A DNA stretch of 64,000 nucleotides from Ignavibacteriota bacterium (GTDB taxonomy: Bacteria; Bacteroidota; Ignavibacteria; Palsa-1295): positions 1,760,001 to 1,824,000 of the forward strand of contig CAWBEI010000002.1 in assembly GCA_963787835.1 (NCBI GenBank), in the 5' to 3' direction. The position numbers were made by a program, and so were the translations under genes. Shown here one piece after another: positions 6,986-17,743 of this stretch (position 1 is its first letter; every line of letters begins with the position of its first letter). The notes under the pieces are model-generated. The model had not been told where the DNA came from. It made no database searches and worked only from the letters and a program-made list of their open reading frames with translations.

Positions 6986-9601
6986 TTGAATATGGATCCG
7001 GCAGATAAATATTTGAGCATACCCCGAGAGGACCAACCGTCCGGCGGGAAGGATAATCCTCGTCCGGAACAATGGGGATTTTCGAAGTTCGCCCGCAAAG
7101 AATCGTCGTCGGCGGAGCCACGGGCGGCTGGTCCCGCCATTCCTGCGAACATGACTCCCAAGCGCCGCAAGCCTGCCGACCGAAAATTCAACCTATCAGA
7201 ACTGATCAAGGTCATGTATCGCGGCCGTTGGATCGTGCTTGCCTCGTTCGCCATTGCATTTACCTACACCGTCTATAGTACCTACTCGAAGCCCTATATT
7301 TATGGTTCCTCCGCGCGGATGTTCATCGAGCGGCCGCCGGGCGGTTCGCAGGTCGCGCAGATCGTCGGTGGAAATCCCCCCGAAGATCACTCGACCACGA
7401 ACGAGATGCTCTTTTTTAAATCCCATATTGTGGGCAGCCATGTGGCTCGGTTGTTACACGAATACGCCCAGGGAAACTTTCACGAGATCGATTCGCTGTT
7501 CACGGACGCATTCCATTCGTCCAAAGATGTTCCGCCCGACCCTCGGCAGCTAACCGTCATTCGGATGGTCGATAATCCAAAACTTCCGCAGAAATCGGGC
7601 ATTCCCGACACCGCGGAGCTGGAGGAGCGTGCGTCCCAGGCGGTGAACATTACAGCGGAAGCCTCGAACGATTATCTGGATGTCACCTCGGAAGGCTATT
7701 CGCCGCTCGATGCCGCCTTCCTCTGCAATCTTTACATCTCTTGTTTCCTCAAAGATGACCGTGTGCGGGTGCGCGAAAATTCGGCCGATCTCAAGAATTA
7801 TCTGTTCGCGCAGAAGGAACGGAGTTTTGATTCCCTTCGACGCATCGAGAATCAACTCCGTGATTATCTTGGATCGACCGATGGCATGAGTCCCGAAGAT
7901 ATTGCCAAGAGCGTGACGGAGCAATATCAGAATATGAAACAAAAGCGGCAGCTTGTCGAGATCGATCTGAATCTTCGGAAAACGATCGACTCGGAATATT
8001 CCGCCAATCTCGATACCGTTCAAAAGAACTATTACGATAATCTTACGCTCGCCCCATCGATGGACATGCTCCAAAAAGCGGTGACCGATCAGGAGTTCGA
8101 TATCGAGAGCATGAAGATGGCGAATAATCTCATGGATCCTCGCACAAAGAAGTACTTGAAAGATGAGATTCAATCGAAGGAAGACCGCCTTGCGTCGCTA
8201 AAGGACAAGCTCAAGGAAGAAACAGAAAAATACCTTCGTTCCCAGGTGATCGTAGCCGGTGAGCCTCAAAACGAGACCAATGGAACCGGAGAAGTAGAGT
8301 ATGCAACCAAAGGCAGCTCGATCGGAACCATCACCAGCCTCCGCCAGGATATTCTGAATACCAAGCTTCGCATGGTTCAGGATTCCAGTCTGCTCAGAAG
8401 CTACGATATGAAATTGGCTGAACTCCATTCGGAATCTGAGTCCATGCCCGAAAAAATGATGGAGACTTCCTCGCTGAAACGCTCCCAATCCATCGCGGAA
8501 AAAATGTACGATCAGCTCGATGATCGTTATCTCGAGGCGTGGATGACGGAAGAATCCGTTTTTGGGAATATACGCGCGGAAGACCCTGCAACGTTGAGTG
8601 CCGCGCCGATCCGCCCAAACCGGCAATCCAGCATTCTAACGGGTTCCTTATTCGGCTTTGCAATTGGCACAGGAATCGTTGTGCTGCTTTCGCTCCTGGA
8701 TTCGAGAATTCGTACTCCGGAGGAAGTGGAGTCGCATAATATTTCATTGCTCGCAACAGTGCCGGCAATCAATCCACCCTCCCAGCCTTTGAATATCGTT
8801 CCGGCTATGATGCAGAACGGAGATGGAACCGCAATAGCGCCCGATGCTAAATATATTCCTCATCGGGCATCCTTTCTCGATCCGCGATCTTCCGTTGCGG
8901 AAACCTTTCGAAGCTTGCGAACGACGATCCTGTTCACAGGTTTGGATAAAGATGTGCAGGTGCTTGCGCTTACAAGTTCCGCTCCGCAGGAGGGTAAATC
9001 GACCACTTCCTCGAATCTTGCCATTGTTATGGCACAGATGGGAAAGAAAACGTTACTCGTCGATGCCGATCTGCGCAGACCCGTTCTGCATTCCGTGTTC
9101 GGGATCCAACGCGAGCCAGGGCTGACAAATCTTCTGTTCGATCGTGCCTCGTTCGAGGATTCGGTGCAAAAGACGGACGTACCTAATCTGTATCTTCTAC
9201 CATGCGGAGTAATTCCGCCGAATCCTTCCGAACTGCTTGGTTCCCAACGTATGTCCCAGCTTATTCTGCGGCTGCGTGAAGAATTCGATTTTATCTTACT
9301 TGACACCCCTCCGGTCGTCGCCGTAACGGATGCACTCTTGCTCGGGCATGTCTCGGACGCGACGATCATTATCGCTCGTGCCGGCATCTCACGGATCGAT
9401 GCGCTTCTCCGGGCCATGGATTCCGTCGAGCGCAGTGGTGCGAACTTGCTTGGCGTTGTGCTTAATGATTTCAATCCCGCAGGTTCCTACGGCTCCTATT
9501 ACAAGTATTATCAATACTATCAGTATTCGGCGAACACGCCACTGCCAGAGAAGTGGTGGGATCTCCGGCGTTTCATTCCCAAACAAAAAACTGAAGTATG
9601 A
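6986..9601 (+). CDS. wzc: Polysaccharide co-polymerase / BY-kinase (Wzc)
   Basis: Two TM segments, coiled coil, ETFRSLRT, Walker A TSSAPQEGKST, LVDADLRRP, ILLDTPP, Tyr cluster YGSYYKYYQYYQY. Confidence 0.9.
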   Translation: MNMDPADKYLSIPREDQPSGGKDNPRPEQWGFSKFARKESSSAEPRAAGPAIPANMTPKRRKPADRKFNLSELIKVMYRGRWIVLASFAIAFTYTVYSTYSKPYIYGSSARMFIERPPGGSQVAQIVGGNPPEDHSTTNEMLFFKSHIVGSHVARLLHEYAQGNFHEIDSLFTDAFHSSKDVPPDPRQLTVIRMVDNPKLPQKSGIPDTAELEERASQAVNITAEASNDYLDVTSEGYSPLDAAFLCNLYISCFLKDDRVRVRENSADLKNYLFAQKERSFDSLRRIENQLRDYLGSTDGMSPEDIAKSVTEQYQNMKQKRQLVEIDLNLRKTIDSEYSANLDTVQKNYYDNLTLAPSMDMLQKAVTDQEFDIESMKMANNLMDPRTKKYLKDEIQSKEDRLASLKDKLKEETEKYLRSQVIVAGEPQNETNGTGEVEYATKGSSIGTITSLRQDILNTKLRMVQDSSLLRSYDMKLAELHSESESMPEKMMETSSLKRSQSIAEKMYDQLDDRYLEAWMTEESVFGNIRAEDPATLSAAPIRPNRQSSILTGSLFGFAIGTGIVVLLSLLDSRIRTPEEVESHNISLLATVPAINPPSQPLNIVPAMMQNGDGTAIAPDAKYIPHRASFLDPRSSVAETFRSLRTTILFTGLDKDVQVLALTSSAPQEGKSTTSSNLAIVMAQMGKKTLLVDADLRRPVLHSVFGIQREPGLTNLLFDRASFEDSVQKTDVPNLYLLPCGVIPPNPSELLGSQRMSQLILRLREEFDFILLDTPPVVAVTDALLLGHVSDATIIIARAGISRIDALLRAMDSVERSGANLLGVVLNDFNPAGSYGSYYKYYQYYQYSANTPLPEKWWDLRRFIPKQKTEV

Positions 9602-9613
9602 CGCGGAGGCGCC

Positions 9614-10285
9614 TTATCGCCCTGCCGAAACAATATCTTTGACTTCGAGAATAGATCTGTCATATCCATGCGTGGAGACATGGATCATGGCACGGCCCAA
9701 CTCCGTCATGGTGCAAACGTTGGAAGGCGCGAAGCGTCGAAGCAGGGGGTAGAGCCAGGTAATATACTTGTAATATTTAGCAACCCGGCTATTCGTGTTT
9801 TTCATTCCCGGACTGGGATGAATGTATGCCGGCCTAAACGCGAAGACACGCTTAAAGGGAAGCTTCATCAGATCGTTCTCTGTTTTTCCTTTCACGCGTG
9901 CCCACATGAATCGCCCATGTTCCGAGCTGTCGGTGCCTTTACCGGAGATATAGCAGAACGTCATCTCGGGATTCATTTTCGAAAGCGTTCGGGCTGCGCT
10001 CATGCTCAGGTCATAAGTAACATGACGGTAATCCGCTTCTTTCATTCCGATCGAGGAAACGCCGAGGCAGAAAAAGCAAGCGTTATATCCCGCAAGCTGG
10101 GATTCAATCGAGGATAGATCGTAGAAATCGGGGACGACCATTTCAGCAAGCTTCGGATGGCTCATCCCGCTTGGCCTGCGCGTGAGAACTAATACACGCT
10201 CCACATCCGGATGCAGCAGCGGCTCATGAAGTACTCCTTCGCCGACCATTCCGGTCACGCCAGTGATGATTACATTCAGTTTCAT
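9614..10285 (-). CDS. NAD(P)-binding epimerase/oxidoreductase
   Basis: IITGVTGMVGEGVL Rossmann motif; CFFCLGVSS; WARVKGKTEN. Confidence 0.85.
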   Translation of the reverse strand: MKLNVIITGVTGMVGEGVLHEPLLHPDVERVLVLTRRPSGMSHPKLAEMVVPDFYDLSSIESQLAGYNACFFCLGVSSIGMKEADYRHVTYDLSMSAARTLSKMNPEMTFCYISGKGTDSSEHGRFMWARVKGKTENDLMKLPFKRVFAFRPAYIHPSPGMKNTNSRVAKYYKYITWLYPLLRRFAPSNVCTMTELGRAMIHVSTHGYDRSILEVKDIVSAGR

Positions 10286-10554
10286 TCTTCGCTGGTTTTC
10301 CTAAGTCGTGCAGCTACTTCCCAAACAAAATCGCTTTCCTCGAACTCAAAACCGAGACGCTGCGAGGCATTGAACAGATCTTCATCGTCTGCAATAAAAT
10401 CGGCGACGATACTCTCATCACTGATCCACGATACTTCTTCTGGTGATGTGCCGAACGCATAAAGCACGAGATCAACATACGGACGAAAGATGTCGATCTT
10501 CGCATCCTCAGCAAACTCGGATTCTTCTATATCTCTATCTTGAATTTCGCTCAT
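10282..10554 (-). CDS. Hypothetical acidic protein
   Basis: 90-aa ORF with 4-nt overlap to the next gene. Confidence 0.55.
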   Translation of the reverse strand: MSEIQDRDIEESEFAEDAKIDIFRPYVDLVLYAFGTSPEEVSWISDESIVADFIADDEDLFNASQRLGFEFEESDFVWEVAARLRKTSEE

Positions 10555-10602
10555 ATGGAGAGTCTAACCTTCTAACCCATCCCATAAATCCCACTCATCC
10601 AT

Positions 10603-10965
10603 TCAGCTAAAAACATTCCACTTGAATTTAATGTAAATGGCAAAGCCAACTGCTATCGACGTACCAATAATTATTGCAGCGGTTTGAAGTGCGGAATCAG
10701 TCGGGTACAGTCCAGTCAATACAAGGGATATGCGTCCAAGAACCACAATGATGAGGCAAATCATCGCAATCGATGCCGCCCATTTTTTTCGTGTAAGGAG
10801 AAATAAACCACCGATAGCATAGATGGCACCAATGACGGTACTTCCGAGCGTAGCGAGATCGGAGGTTTTCGTGGCGAGAATACCGATGAAGTTATGCCGA
10901 AAGCCAGTGACGACTTCAGCGATCCCGAATACTACCATCAATAGTCCAACAATGATGATGCCCAT
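10603..10965 (-). CDS. Hypothetical membrane protein (4 TM)
   Basis: Four hydrophobic segments; operon spacing. Confidence 0.7.
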   Translation of the reverse strand: MGIIIVGLLMVVFGIAEVVTGFRHNFIGILATKTSDLATLGSTVIGAIYAIGGLFLLTRKKWAASIAMICLIIVVLGRISLVLTGLYPTDSALQTAAIIIGTSIAVGFAIYIKFKWNVFS

Positions 10966-10976
10966 AGTCTAAATTT

Positions 10977-11453
10977 TCAGATCCACCGCCGAACCCGGCG
11001 CTTGTAATCGGAATACTGTTCGCCAAACTGACGAAGCATCTTTGCCTCTTCAAATGGAAAGAATACGAAATTAATAATGCAGAAGAACACCACCGGCACA
11101 AGGAACATGGGAAGCGTACCGACAAAAAATGCAATGCCAAGCAGAACAAGCGTCATCCCAAGATACATCGGGTTGCGGGTGAACCGGTAGGGACCATCCA
11201 CCATCAAAAGCTTATTGGTTGGCGAGTGGGGAAGTATCTCCGTCCCGCGTGTGCGGAAAAGGCTTCCAGCCCAAAGCACACTGAAAAGACCAAGCACGAA
11301 CAAGATGATCCCTGCGGGGTAACAGCGCCAATCCAAAATATTGCACGTCGGGAATACCCAGTGAACGCACAATCCGAGTACGAGAAGGATCACGATCCAC
11401 AACGGTGGCACGATTTTCATCAGCGGGGGAATGGGTGGTGTTTGTTGGTTCAT
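10977..11453 (-). CDS. Isoprenylcysteine carboxylmethyltransferase/PEMT family protein
   Basis: LMVDGPYRFTRNPMYLG...EEAKMLRQFGEQYSDYKRRVRRW. Confidence 0.9.
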   Translation of the reverse strand: MNQQTPPIPPLMKIVPPLWIVILLVLGLCVHWVFPTCNILDWRCYPAGIILFVLGLFSVLWAGSLFRTRGTEILPHSPTNKLLMVDGPYRFTRNPMYLGMTLVLLGIAFFVGTLPMFLVPVVFFCIINFVFFPFEEAKMLRQFGEQYSDYKRRVRRWI

Positions 11454-11458
11454 ATTAA

Positions 11459-12544
11459 TTACGGCTTCAAAATAAGATCGAACTTACCGGAAGTGAGCGT
11501 TGCGGTAGTGGTCTCCTGCCAATTTACGAGACCTTGCGTATCCGTCGAGTCCTCTGTGATTTGATAGCCAAAATTCGGGAATGTAAATTCGATGGCGTTA
11601 TCGACGGGAAGAGGTGCCGGCAGGTATGCGGTGTTAGTATACCATGTTGTATCCAATGTAAGGGTCGCTGTTTCAATTGTCGAAGTCTGGCGGAAAGCAA
11701 CTGTTGCAGCCTGTGCTACCGTGTCCCAATTGAGATAGAGGTACGGAACAGCAATGGCATACTGTAGCCCTGATTGTGTTCTCGAAAATGGAATTCCGGA
11801 TACATTCACATCGTGTTGTCTAAGATAGTTGACTGTTACTTGCCATGTTGAGTCGATAGTATTTGCCGGTCCATTGACATAACCAGTGCGAGTATGTGTT
11901 TCCGTAACGCTCACATGGTCCCATATTATGGAGAGTGTGTTCCATGAGGACGGGCGAGCTACCGTGAGGGTTCCGGGATAATACTCTCCACTGGAGTCGT
12001 ACATATATATAGTCCCGGATAAAGCATTTGAAACAACATGAGAAACAATTCTATTGGAAAAAACGGAATCGATGGGGTACCAAATCCCGGCAACCATCAT
12101 GCGCAAATGGCCGTGGTAATGGTTCATTCCGGTTCCCGGAATTGAGAATGATGCTCCGATCGGAAGTGTGTCGTTGATTGGATGCGGATTGAAGGTATAT
12201 TCCAACGTGACCGGCTTTGCCGAGGTTGTGGTTCCGTTGATCGTCGTGATGTGAATGAAGCCAGACTGCGCCCCCTCTGGAACTTCTGCAACAAGCATAG
12301 TGTCGTTCCCATTCGTGAATGCTTGTACTTGCGCAGTGTCAATAAGGACGAGCAGATCGCCGGGATACCACCCGTAATGATTTCCGTAGATCGTTAGCGT
12401 ACCAAAGGTCCATACCGTGTCAGGCGTAAACCGAGTGATCGTCGGCGCGGTGGAATCGGCGGCGTAATTATTGACGATGGTGTTCGTTGTGCATCCAACC
12501 CATACGAGCGCAAAAAGCGGAGCGGAACGCAGAAGCCATTTCAT
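11459..12544 (-). CDS. IPT/TIG-domain lipoprotein
   Basis: MKWLLRSAPLFALVWVGC lipobox; PTITRFTP...LTIYGNHY...VPEGAQSGFIHITT. Confidence 0.7.
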   Translation of the reverse strand: MKWLLRSAPLFALVWVGCTTNTIVNNYAADSTAPTITRFTPDTVWTFGTLTIYGNHYGWYPGDLLVLIDTAQVQAFTNGNDTMLVAEVPEGAQSGFIHITTINGTTTSAKPVTLEYTFNPHPINDTLPIGASFSIPGTGMNHYHGHLRMMVAGIWYPIDSVFSNRIVSHVVSNALSGTIYMYDSSGEYYPGTLTVARPSSWNTLSIIWDHVSVTETHTRTGYVNGPANTIDSTWQVTVNYLRQHDVNVSGIPFSRTQSGLQYAIAVPYLYLNWDTVAQAATVAFRQTSTIETATLTLDTTWYTNTAYLPAPLPVDNAIEFTFPNFGYQITEDSTDTQGLVNWQETTTATLTSGKFDLILKP

Positions 12545-12658
12545 AGAATTTGAAGCCCTCTCTTCGTAGGATAATATGACCTTATTACCTTTCTCTTCCA
12601 ACATCACCCCATCCCAAAAAATCCCACGCATCCCATAAATCCCATTTCAGCCCCCCCC

Positions 12659-12704
12659 GGCAGCCTAAAAGCCTGCGCTGTTCGCGGGGCGCGTTCCGTT
12701 CAAA
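12659..12704 (+). repeat. 46-bp direct repeat copy 1 of 3
   Basis: ggcagcctaaaagcctgcgctgttcgcggggcgcgttccgttcaaa. Confidence 0.9.
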
Positions 12705-12725
12705 TGTTCCCACCAATTTCCCCCA

Positions 12726-12823
12726 GTGTAGAACAGCCTTTCCAGGCTGTCCTCGGACTTTAGTCCGTGTCCTTTTCTGACGGGCTGGAAAGCCCTCCGA
12801 CAGGCTGAAAGCCTGTTCTACAC
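12726..12823. repeat. GTAG-type REP doublet (REPIN-like)
   Basis: gtGTAGaacagcctttccaggctgt ... acaggctgaaagcctgttCTACac inverted pair. Confidence 0.8.
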
Positions 12824-12861
12824 GTAGTTCCCGCCACCCCGCACCGCCTGCAAAGCCCTAC

Positions 12862-12907
12862 GGCAGCCTAAAAGCCTGCGCTGTTCGCGGGGCGCATTCC
12901 GTTCAAA
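12862..12907 (+). repeat. 46-bp direct repeat copy 2 of 3 (contains the PIN stop codon)
   Basis: One mismatch to copy 1. Confidence 0.9.
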
Positions 12908-13307
12908 TGATTCCTTCCAGAAAATCGAATAATTCCCGTGGCTTCACAATTCGGATCGCTCCTTTGGTATCGACAGTCAATAGATCCTTATCGCCGGTGA
13001 CGAGATACTCCGCTTTGCTTTTCAACGCGGCGGCAAGAATTTCTATATCGTTGGGATCGCGGACATCCATTCGATGGCTGTACGGAGGTTGGATTATTGC
13101 AGCAATGTTGGGAATTCCATCGAGAAAGGCATCTACCTTTGCCGGATTTGCCTTGAGCCTGCTAACTAATACGCGGCGAAATTCCTCCAATACTTGAGGA
13201 CTCACGGAGACCTCGTGTTTCTCGAAAAGAAGAGTCACCAAGTCTCTCGTAACACCTTCGAACGCAAAGAAAGAGATCAGTGCATTGGTATCGAGGAAAA
13301 CTTTCAC
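12903..13307 (-). CDS. PIN-domain toxin (VapC-like, PIN_3 type)
   Basis: KVFLDTNALIS...VLEEFRRVL...RDPNDIEILAAA...YLVTGDKDLL. Confidence 0.9.
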   Translation of the reverse strand: MKVFLDTNALISFFAFEGVTRDLVTLLFEKHEVSVSPQVLEEFRRVLVSRLKANPAKVDAFLDGIPNIAAIIQPPYSHRMDVRDPNDIEILAAALKSKAEYLVTGDKDLLTVDTKGAIRIVKPRELFDFLEGII

Positions 13308-13522
13308 GATACTTCACGGAAGATGTCTTCCTCCGAGTTCCAGCCCGCCGCACGGGCAAGTGGCTCGATCTCTCGCTGCAATTTTTCGAAGGTCTGTTTA
13401 AAAAAATGCCGCCGCAATAGATCGTTCACGATCTCCGACTTATCCCGGTGTTCTTCCCGGCTTTCCACTTCGAGCTTCTCGTAATATTGCGGTTCGATTG
13501 GTATGCTATATTCCCGGTCCAT
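13304..13522 (-). CDS. Ribbon-helix-helix (CopG-like) antitoxin
   Basis: KSEIVNDLLRR...ARAAGWNSEEDIFREVS; GTGA overlap with the PIN gene. Confidence 0.75.
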   Translation of the reverse strand: MDREYSIPIEPQYYEKLEVESREEHRDKSEIVNDLLRRHFFKQTFEKLQREIEPLARAAGWNSEEDIFREVS

Positions 13523-13613
13523 ACTTTTTTAATGCCATAATGGTGAATTCCGTTCCATTCCTATCCCACGCATCCCATAAATCCAGGTTCAGCCCCCGCC
13601 TGCAAAGCCCGCC

Positions 13614-13659
13614 GGCAGCCTAAAAGCCTGCGCTGTTCGCGGGGCGCGTTCCGTTCAAA
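13614..13659 (+). repeat. 46-bp direct repeat copy 3 of 3
   Basis: Identical core to copy 1; preceded by atcccacgcatcccataaatcc as at 12621. Confidence 0.9.
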
Positions 13660-13694
13660 CGTTCCCGACGCGGCAAGGAGCGTTAGGGACGAAT

Positions 13695-14195
13695 TTGCTG
13701 ATTACTGCTGTTTTAACTGACATGTTAGGAATCAGGCCAAAAACCTCGGCAAAGGATATAGTGGATGCATTATTTTCTGGCTACATAGACGGATGGTTAA
13801 AGCTAACCATTTCCGATAAAACTGGAGATATGGAGCTGGAAATTCAAGACGAGCTAATAAGAAAATATCGGGCGGCAATAACACTCATGGCAGTAATTTC
13901 GAAGGTTGAACGTAGCCCTAAATTCATCGCAGTTCAAGACGAACTTGAGCGTCGTTTATTTGGTGAGGAGATAAACGTCGAGGGTGTAGCATTTCTGGAT
14001 GAGATTAAGCAGTTGATGATTGATCTCGACGAGCTTTTAGTACCCAAGGAGTTCAGCCTATCCCGATTTCGAGATTGGGCTAATAAGAATCTGGAAATTG
14101 ATTCAAACAATGTTTTCACGATATATAAAATATATGACTATTTTATTAGCGGGCTATCAACCGTCACCGAAACCCTTGACGTTGTGAGGGTCTAA
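13695..14195 (+). CDS. Hypothetical protein (AT-rich ORFan; start uncertain)
   Basis: 166-aa open frame in low-GC DNA. Confidence 0.5.
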   Translation: MLITAVLTDMLGIRPKTSAKDIVDALFSGYIDGWLKLTISDKTGDMELEIQDELIRKYRAAITLMAVISKVERSPKFIAVQDELERRLFGEEINVEGVAFLDEIKQLMIDLDELLVPKEFSLSRFRDWANKNLEIDSNNVFTIYKIYDYFISGLSTVTETLDVVRV

Positions 14196-14237
14196 CGGAT
14201 TATTTTGTTCAGACTTCAAAACCGAATATTAAGCAGA

Positions 14238-14423
14238 TCAAAAAGGAGGTTGATTCAGATCTTTGCTTACTTGCCCTGAGAATTCCATCACGTATGCCCT
14301 CTCTTCCTCTGTCATATCATTGATGTTTATCAATGCCTCGGGATCCCAGCCACTATCATCGACTTGAAGAACAGCATTCTTAAATGCTGCTTTTAATTCC
14401 TGCTTTCTTTGATCACTTATCAT
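14238..14423 (-). CDS. Hypothetical small acidic protein
   Basis: 61-aa ORF with ATG start and plausible composition. Confidence 0.45.
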   Translation of the reverse strand: MISDQRKQELKAAFKNAVLQVDDSGWDPEALININDMTEEERAYVMEFSGQVSKDLNQPPF

Positions 14424-14468
14424 ATAATTTAGACGTTAAATTAAAGCTCATCCAGCAACCACCTGGTA

Positions 14469-14666
14469 TTATCCCACCACCGCCATTTCTACGGTTCTTG
14501 GGTTGCGAATGCGTTTCGAAGCATCGAGAATTTCGATGCTCACGACGTTGCCGTCCACGTCGTAATCGAGGATTACGCCAGGCTTATCCTCGTCACTCTC
14601 CTCGATCTCGCCATCGGTGAGTTCGATGTTGAGAATATCGACTTCCTGGTCATACGTTACTTTCAT
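14469..14666 (-). CDS. DUF2283-family putative antitoxin
   Basis: MKVTYDQEVDILNIEL...PGVILDYDVDGNVVSIEILDAS. Confidence 0.85.
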   Translation of the reverse strand: MKVTYDQEVDILNIELTDGEIEESDEDKPGVILDYDVDGNVVSIEILDASKRIRNPRTVEMAVVG

Positions 14667-14922
14667 TCGGCCTCCAATATTTAGCAATTTTGCTTGTGGC
14701 ATAAACCGTTCGCACGGTCGGTGGTATGTCCTTCATATCTACAATAACTCGTATCAAATAAGTTCTTCCATTCGGAAATACTTTACGAGCTTGGTGACAC
14801 TTCCGGCCAAATCGTTCTGGAACAATCTGTTCGGGATCCTCCAGTGATTCCATCACGAATTCCATCGGAATTCGCCGTTTAGCGATTTCCTGAAGTGCAT
14901 GGTCTGTAAAACGGAAGTTCAT
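14650..14922 (-). CDS. DUF4258-family putative toxin (RelE-like)
   Basis: MNFRFTDHALQEIAKRRIP...YLIRVIVD...TVRTVYATSKIAKYWR. Confidence 0.8.
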   Translation of the reverse strand: MNFRFTDHALQEIAKRRIPMEFVMESLEDPEQIVPERFGRKCHQARKVFPNGRTYLIRVIVDMKDIPPTVRTVYATSKIAKYWRPNESNV

Positions 14923-14930
14923 TTGCCACA

Positions 14931-14967
14931 AAAATACGAAGGGCGGCATCACAGCCGCCCTTTCGTA
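14931..14967 (-). terminator. Intrinsic terminator after groEL
   Basis: Minus strand tacgaaagggcggc-tgtgat-gccgcccttcgta followed by ttttt. Confidence 0.8.
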
Positions 14968-14986
14968 GATAAATAGATTATTTATC

Positions 14987-16637
<1,651 letters not shown>

Positions 16638-16660
16638 TTATTCCTTATTATTAAAATTGA

Positions 16661-16966
16661 TTACTTCTTTTTCCCGTTCTTTTCCACGATCGCGAACACA
16701 TCGGATTCGCGCATGATGAGGACGTCTTCGTTATCGAGCGATACCTCGGTTCCCGAATATTTCCCGTAGAGCACGATGTCACCGACTTTCACGCCCATCG
16801 GCGCGAGCTTTCCGGTGTCATCGAGCTTACCCGGACCGGCGGCGAGCACTTCGCCCTGCACCGGCTTCTCTTTTGCAGAATCTGGAATGATAATGCCCGA
16901 CTTCGTTACTTCCTCTGCCGCAGCAGGGCGAACGATCAGGCGGTCATGGAGTGGTTTCAATGTCAT
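16661..16966 (-). CDS. groES: Co-chaperonin GroES
   Basis: [10 protein letters not shown]...[15 protein letters not shown]...[17 protein letters not shown]. Confidence 0.97.
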   Translation of the reverse strand: MTLKPLHDRLIVRPAAAEEVTKSGIIIPDSAKEKPVQGEVLAAGPGKLDDTGKLAPMGVKVGDIVLYGKYSGTEVSLDNEDVLIMRESDVFAIVEKNGKKK

Positions 16967-17032
16967 AGTGTTATGTTTAGATTAAATGAAAACGTTGAAA
17001 TTGAGCTAAAATTGACGAAATGGTGCCGTGAG

Positions 17033-17059
17033 TTAGCACTCATCTGATGCGAGTGCTAC
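17033..17059. promoter_or_regulatory. CIRCE operator (HrcA)
   Basis: TTAGCACTC-N9-GAGTGCTAC, one mismatch to consensus, directly upstream of groES. Confidence 0.92.
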
Positions 17060-17064
17060 GCACA

Positions 17065-17090
17065 AACAGGCCGGGAGTTACGGGTGTTCC
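17065..17090 (-). promoter_or_regulatory. ECF-type promoter motif for groESL
   Basis: GGAAC-N17-TGTT immediately before the CIRCE. Confidence 0.6.
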
Positions 17091-17151
17091 CTTGATTTAG
17101 GAGCGCTTATTTCACCTGAACCCGTAAGGATGGCAATACTGTTAGGCTGTC

Positions 17152-17469
17152 ATGCAGACCACCTTACCATTTCGAATGCTTGCCTTCGAGCGCCAAGACG
17201 GCTGGCGGATGATTTGCCTCGACACGGACATTGCAGTTGCCGCTGCGACATGGGATGAGCTTGAATCGAAGATGAAGGATGCGATGACACTCTATCTCCG
17301 CTCATTCACCGGCGAGGAACTTCAGCGTGGAGCATATATCCGTCTGGCTCCGATATCCTATCGTGTGCGGTGGTGGTTCCGGTGGAATATCGTAAGATTG
17401 ATGCGATTGCTCAGCGGCCCCATCCGTGCAACCTATGACATTTCTACGTCCCGGTTAAATTTTGCCTAA
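17152..17469 (+). CDS. HicB-like antitoxin
   Basis: GWRMICLDTDIAVAAATWDELESKMKDAMTLYL; overlaps the HicA-like gene. Confidence 0.65.
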   Translation: MQTTLPFRMLAFERQDGWRMICLDTDIAVAAATWDELESKMKDAMTLYLRSFTGEELQRGAYIRLAPISYRVRWWFRWNIVRLMRLLSGPIRATYDISTSRLNFA

Positions 17470-17722
17470 GAAATATCCTCCGCTCACTCCGCGAGAGGTG
17501 ATTGAGATTCTTAAGGCTCAGGGATTTCAGTTGAAAGAAACCGAAGGAAGCCACGCACAATACGAGAAGGGTTCCAGAAAAGTTACGGTCGATATAGCGG
17601 AAAAAGAATTTGATCCGTTTCTCTTGCAGTCGATGATTCGTCAGGCCGGTCTCGACCGCGATTCATTTTATACTTCCACCAAAACTGCCGCGAAAAAGAT
17701 CAATAAGAGGATAGGGAAGTAA
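17462..17722 (+). CDS. hicA: HicA/YcfA-family toxin
   Basis: PREVIEILKAQGFQLKETEGSHAQY...LLQSMIRQAGL. Confidence 0.85.
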   Translation: MPKKYPPLTPREVIEILKAQGFQLKETEGSHAQYEKGSRKVTVDIAEKEFDPFLLQSMIRQAGLDRDSFYTSTKTAAKKINKRIGK

Positions 17723-17743
17723 TAGTCTATTCCATCCTACTTA

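Noticed and set aside
12659-13659. CRISPR array from three 46-bp direct repeats
   Set aside because: Spacers are about 157 and 706 bp, irregular and gene-containing; no cas genes.
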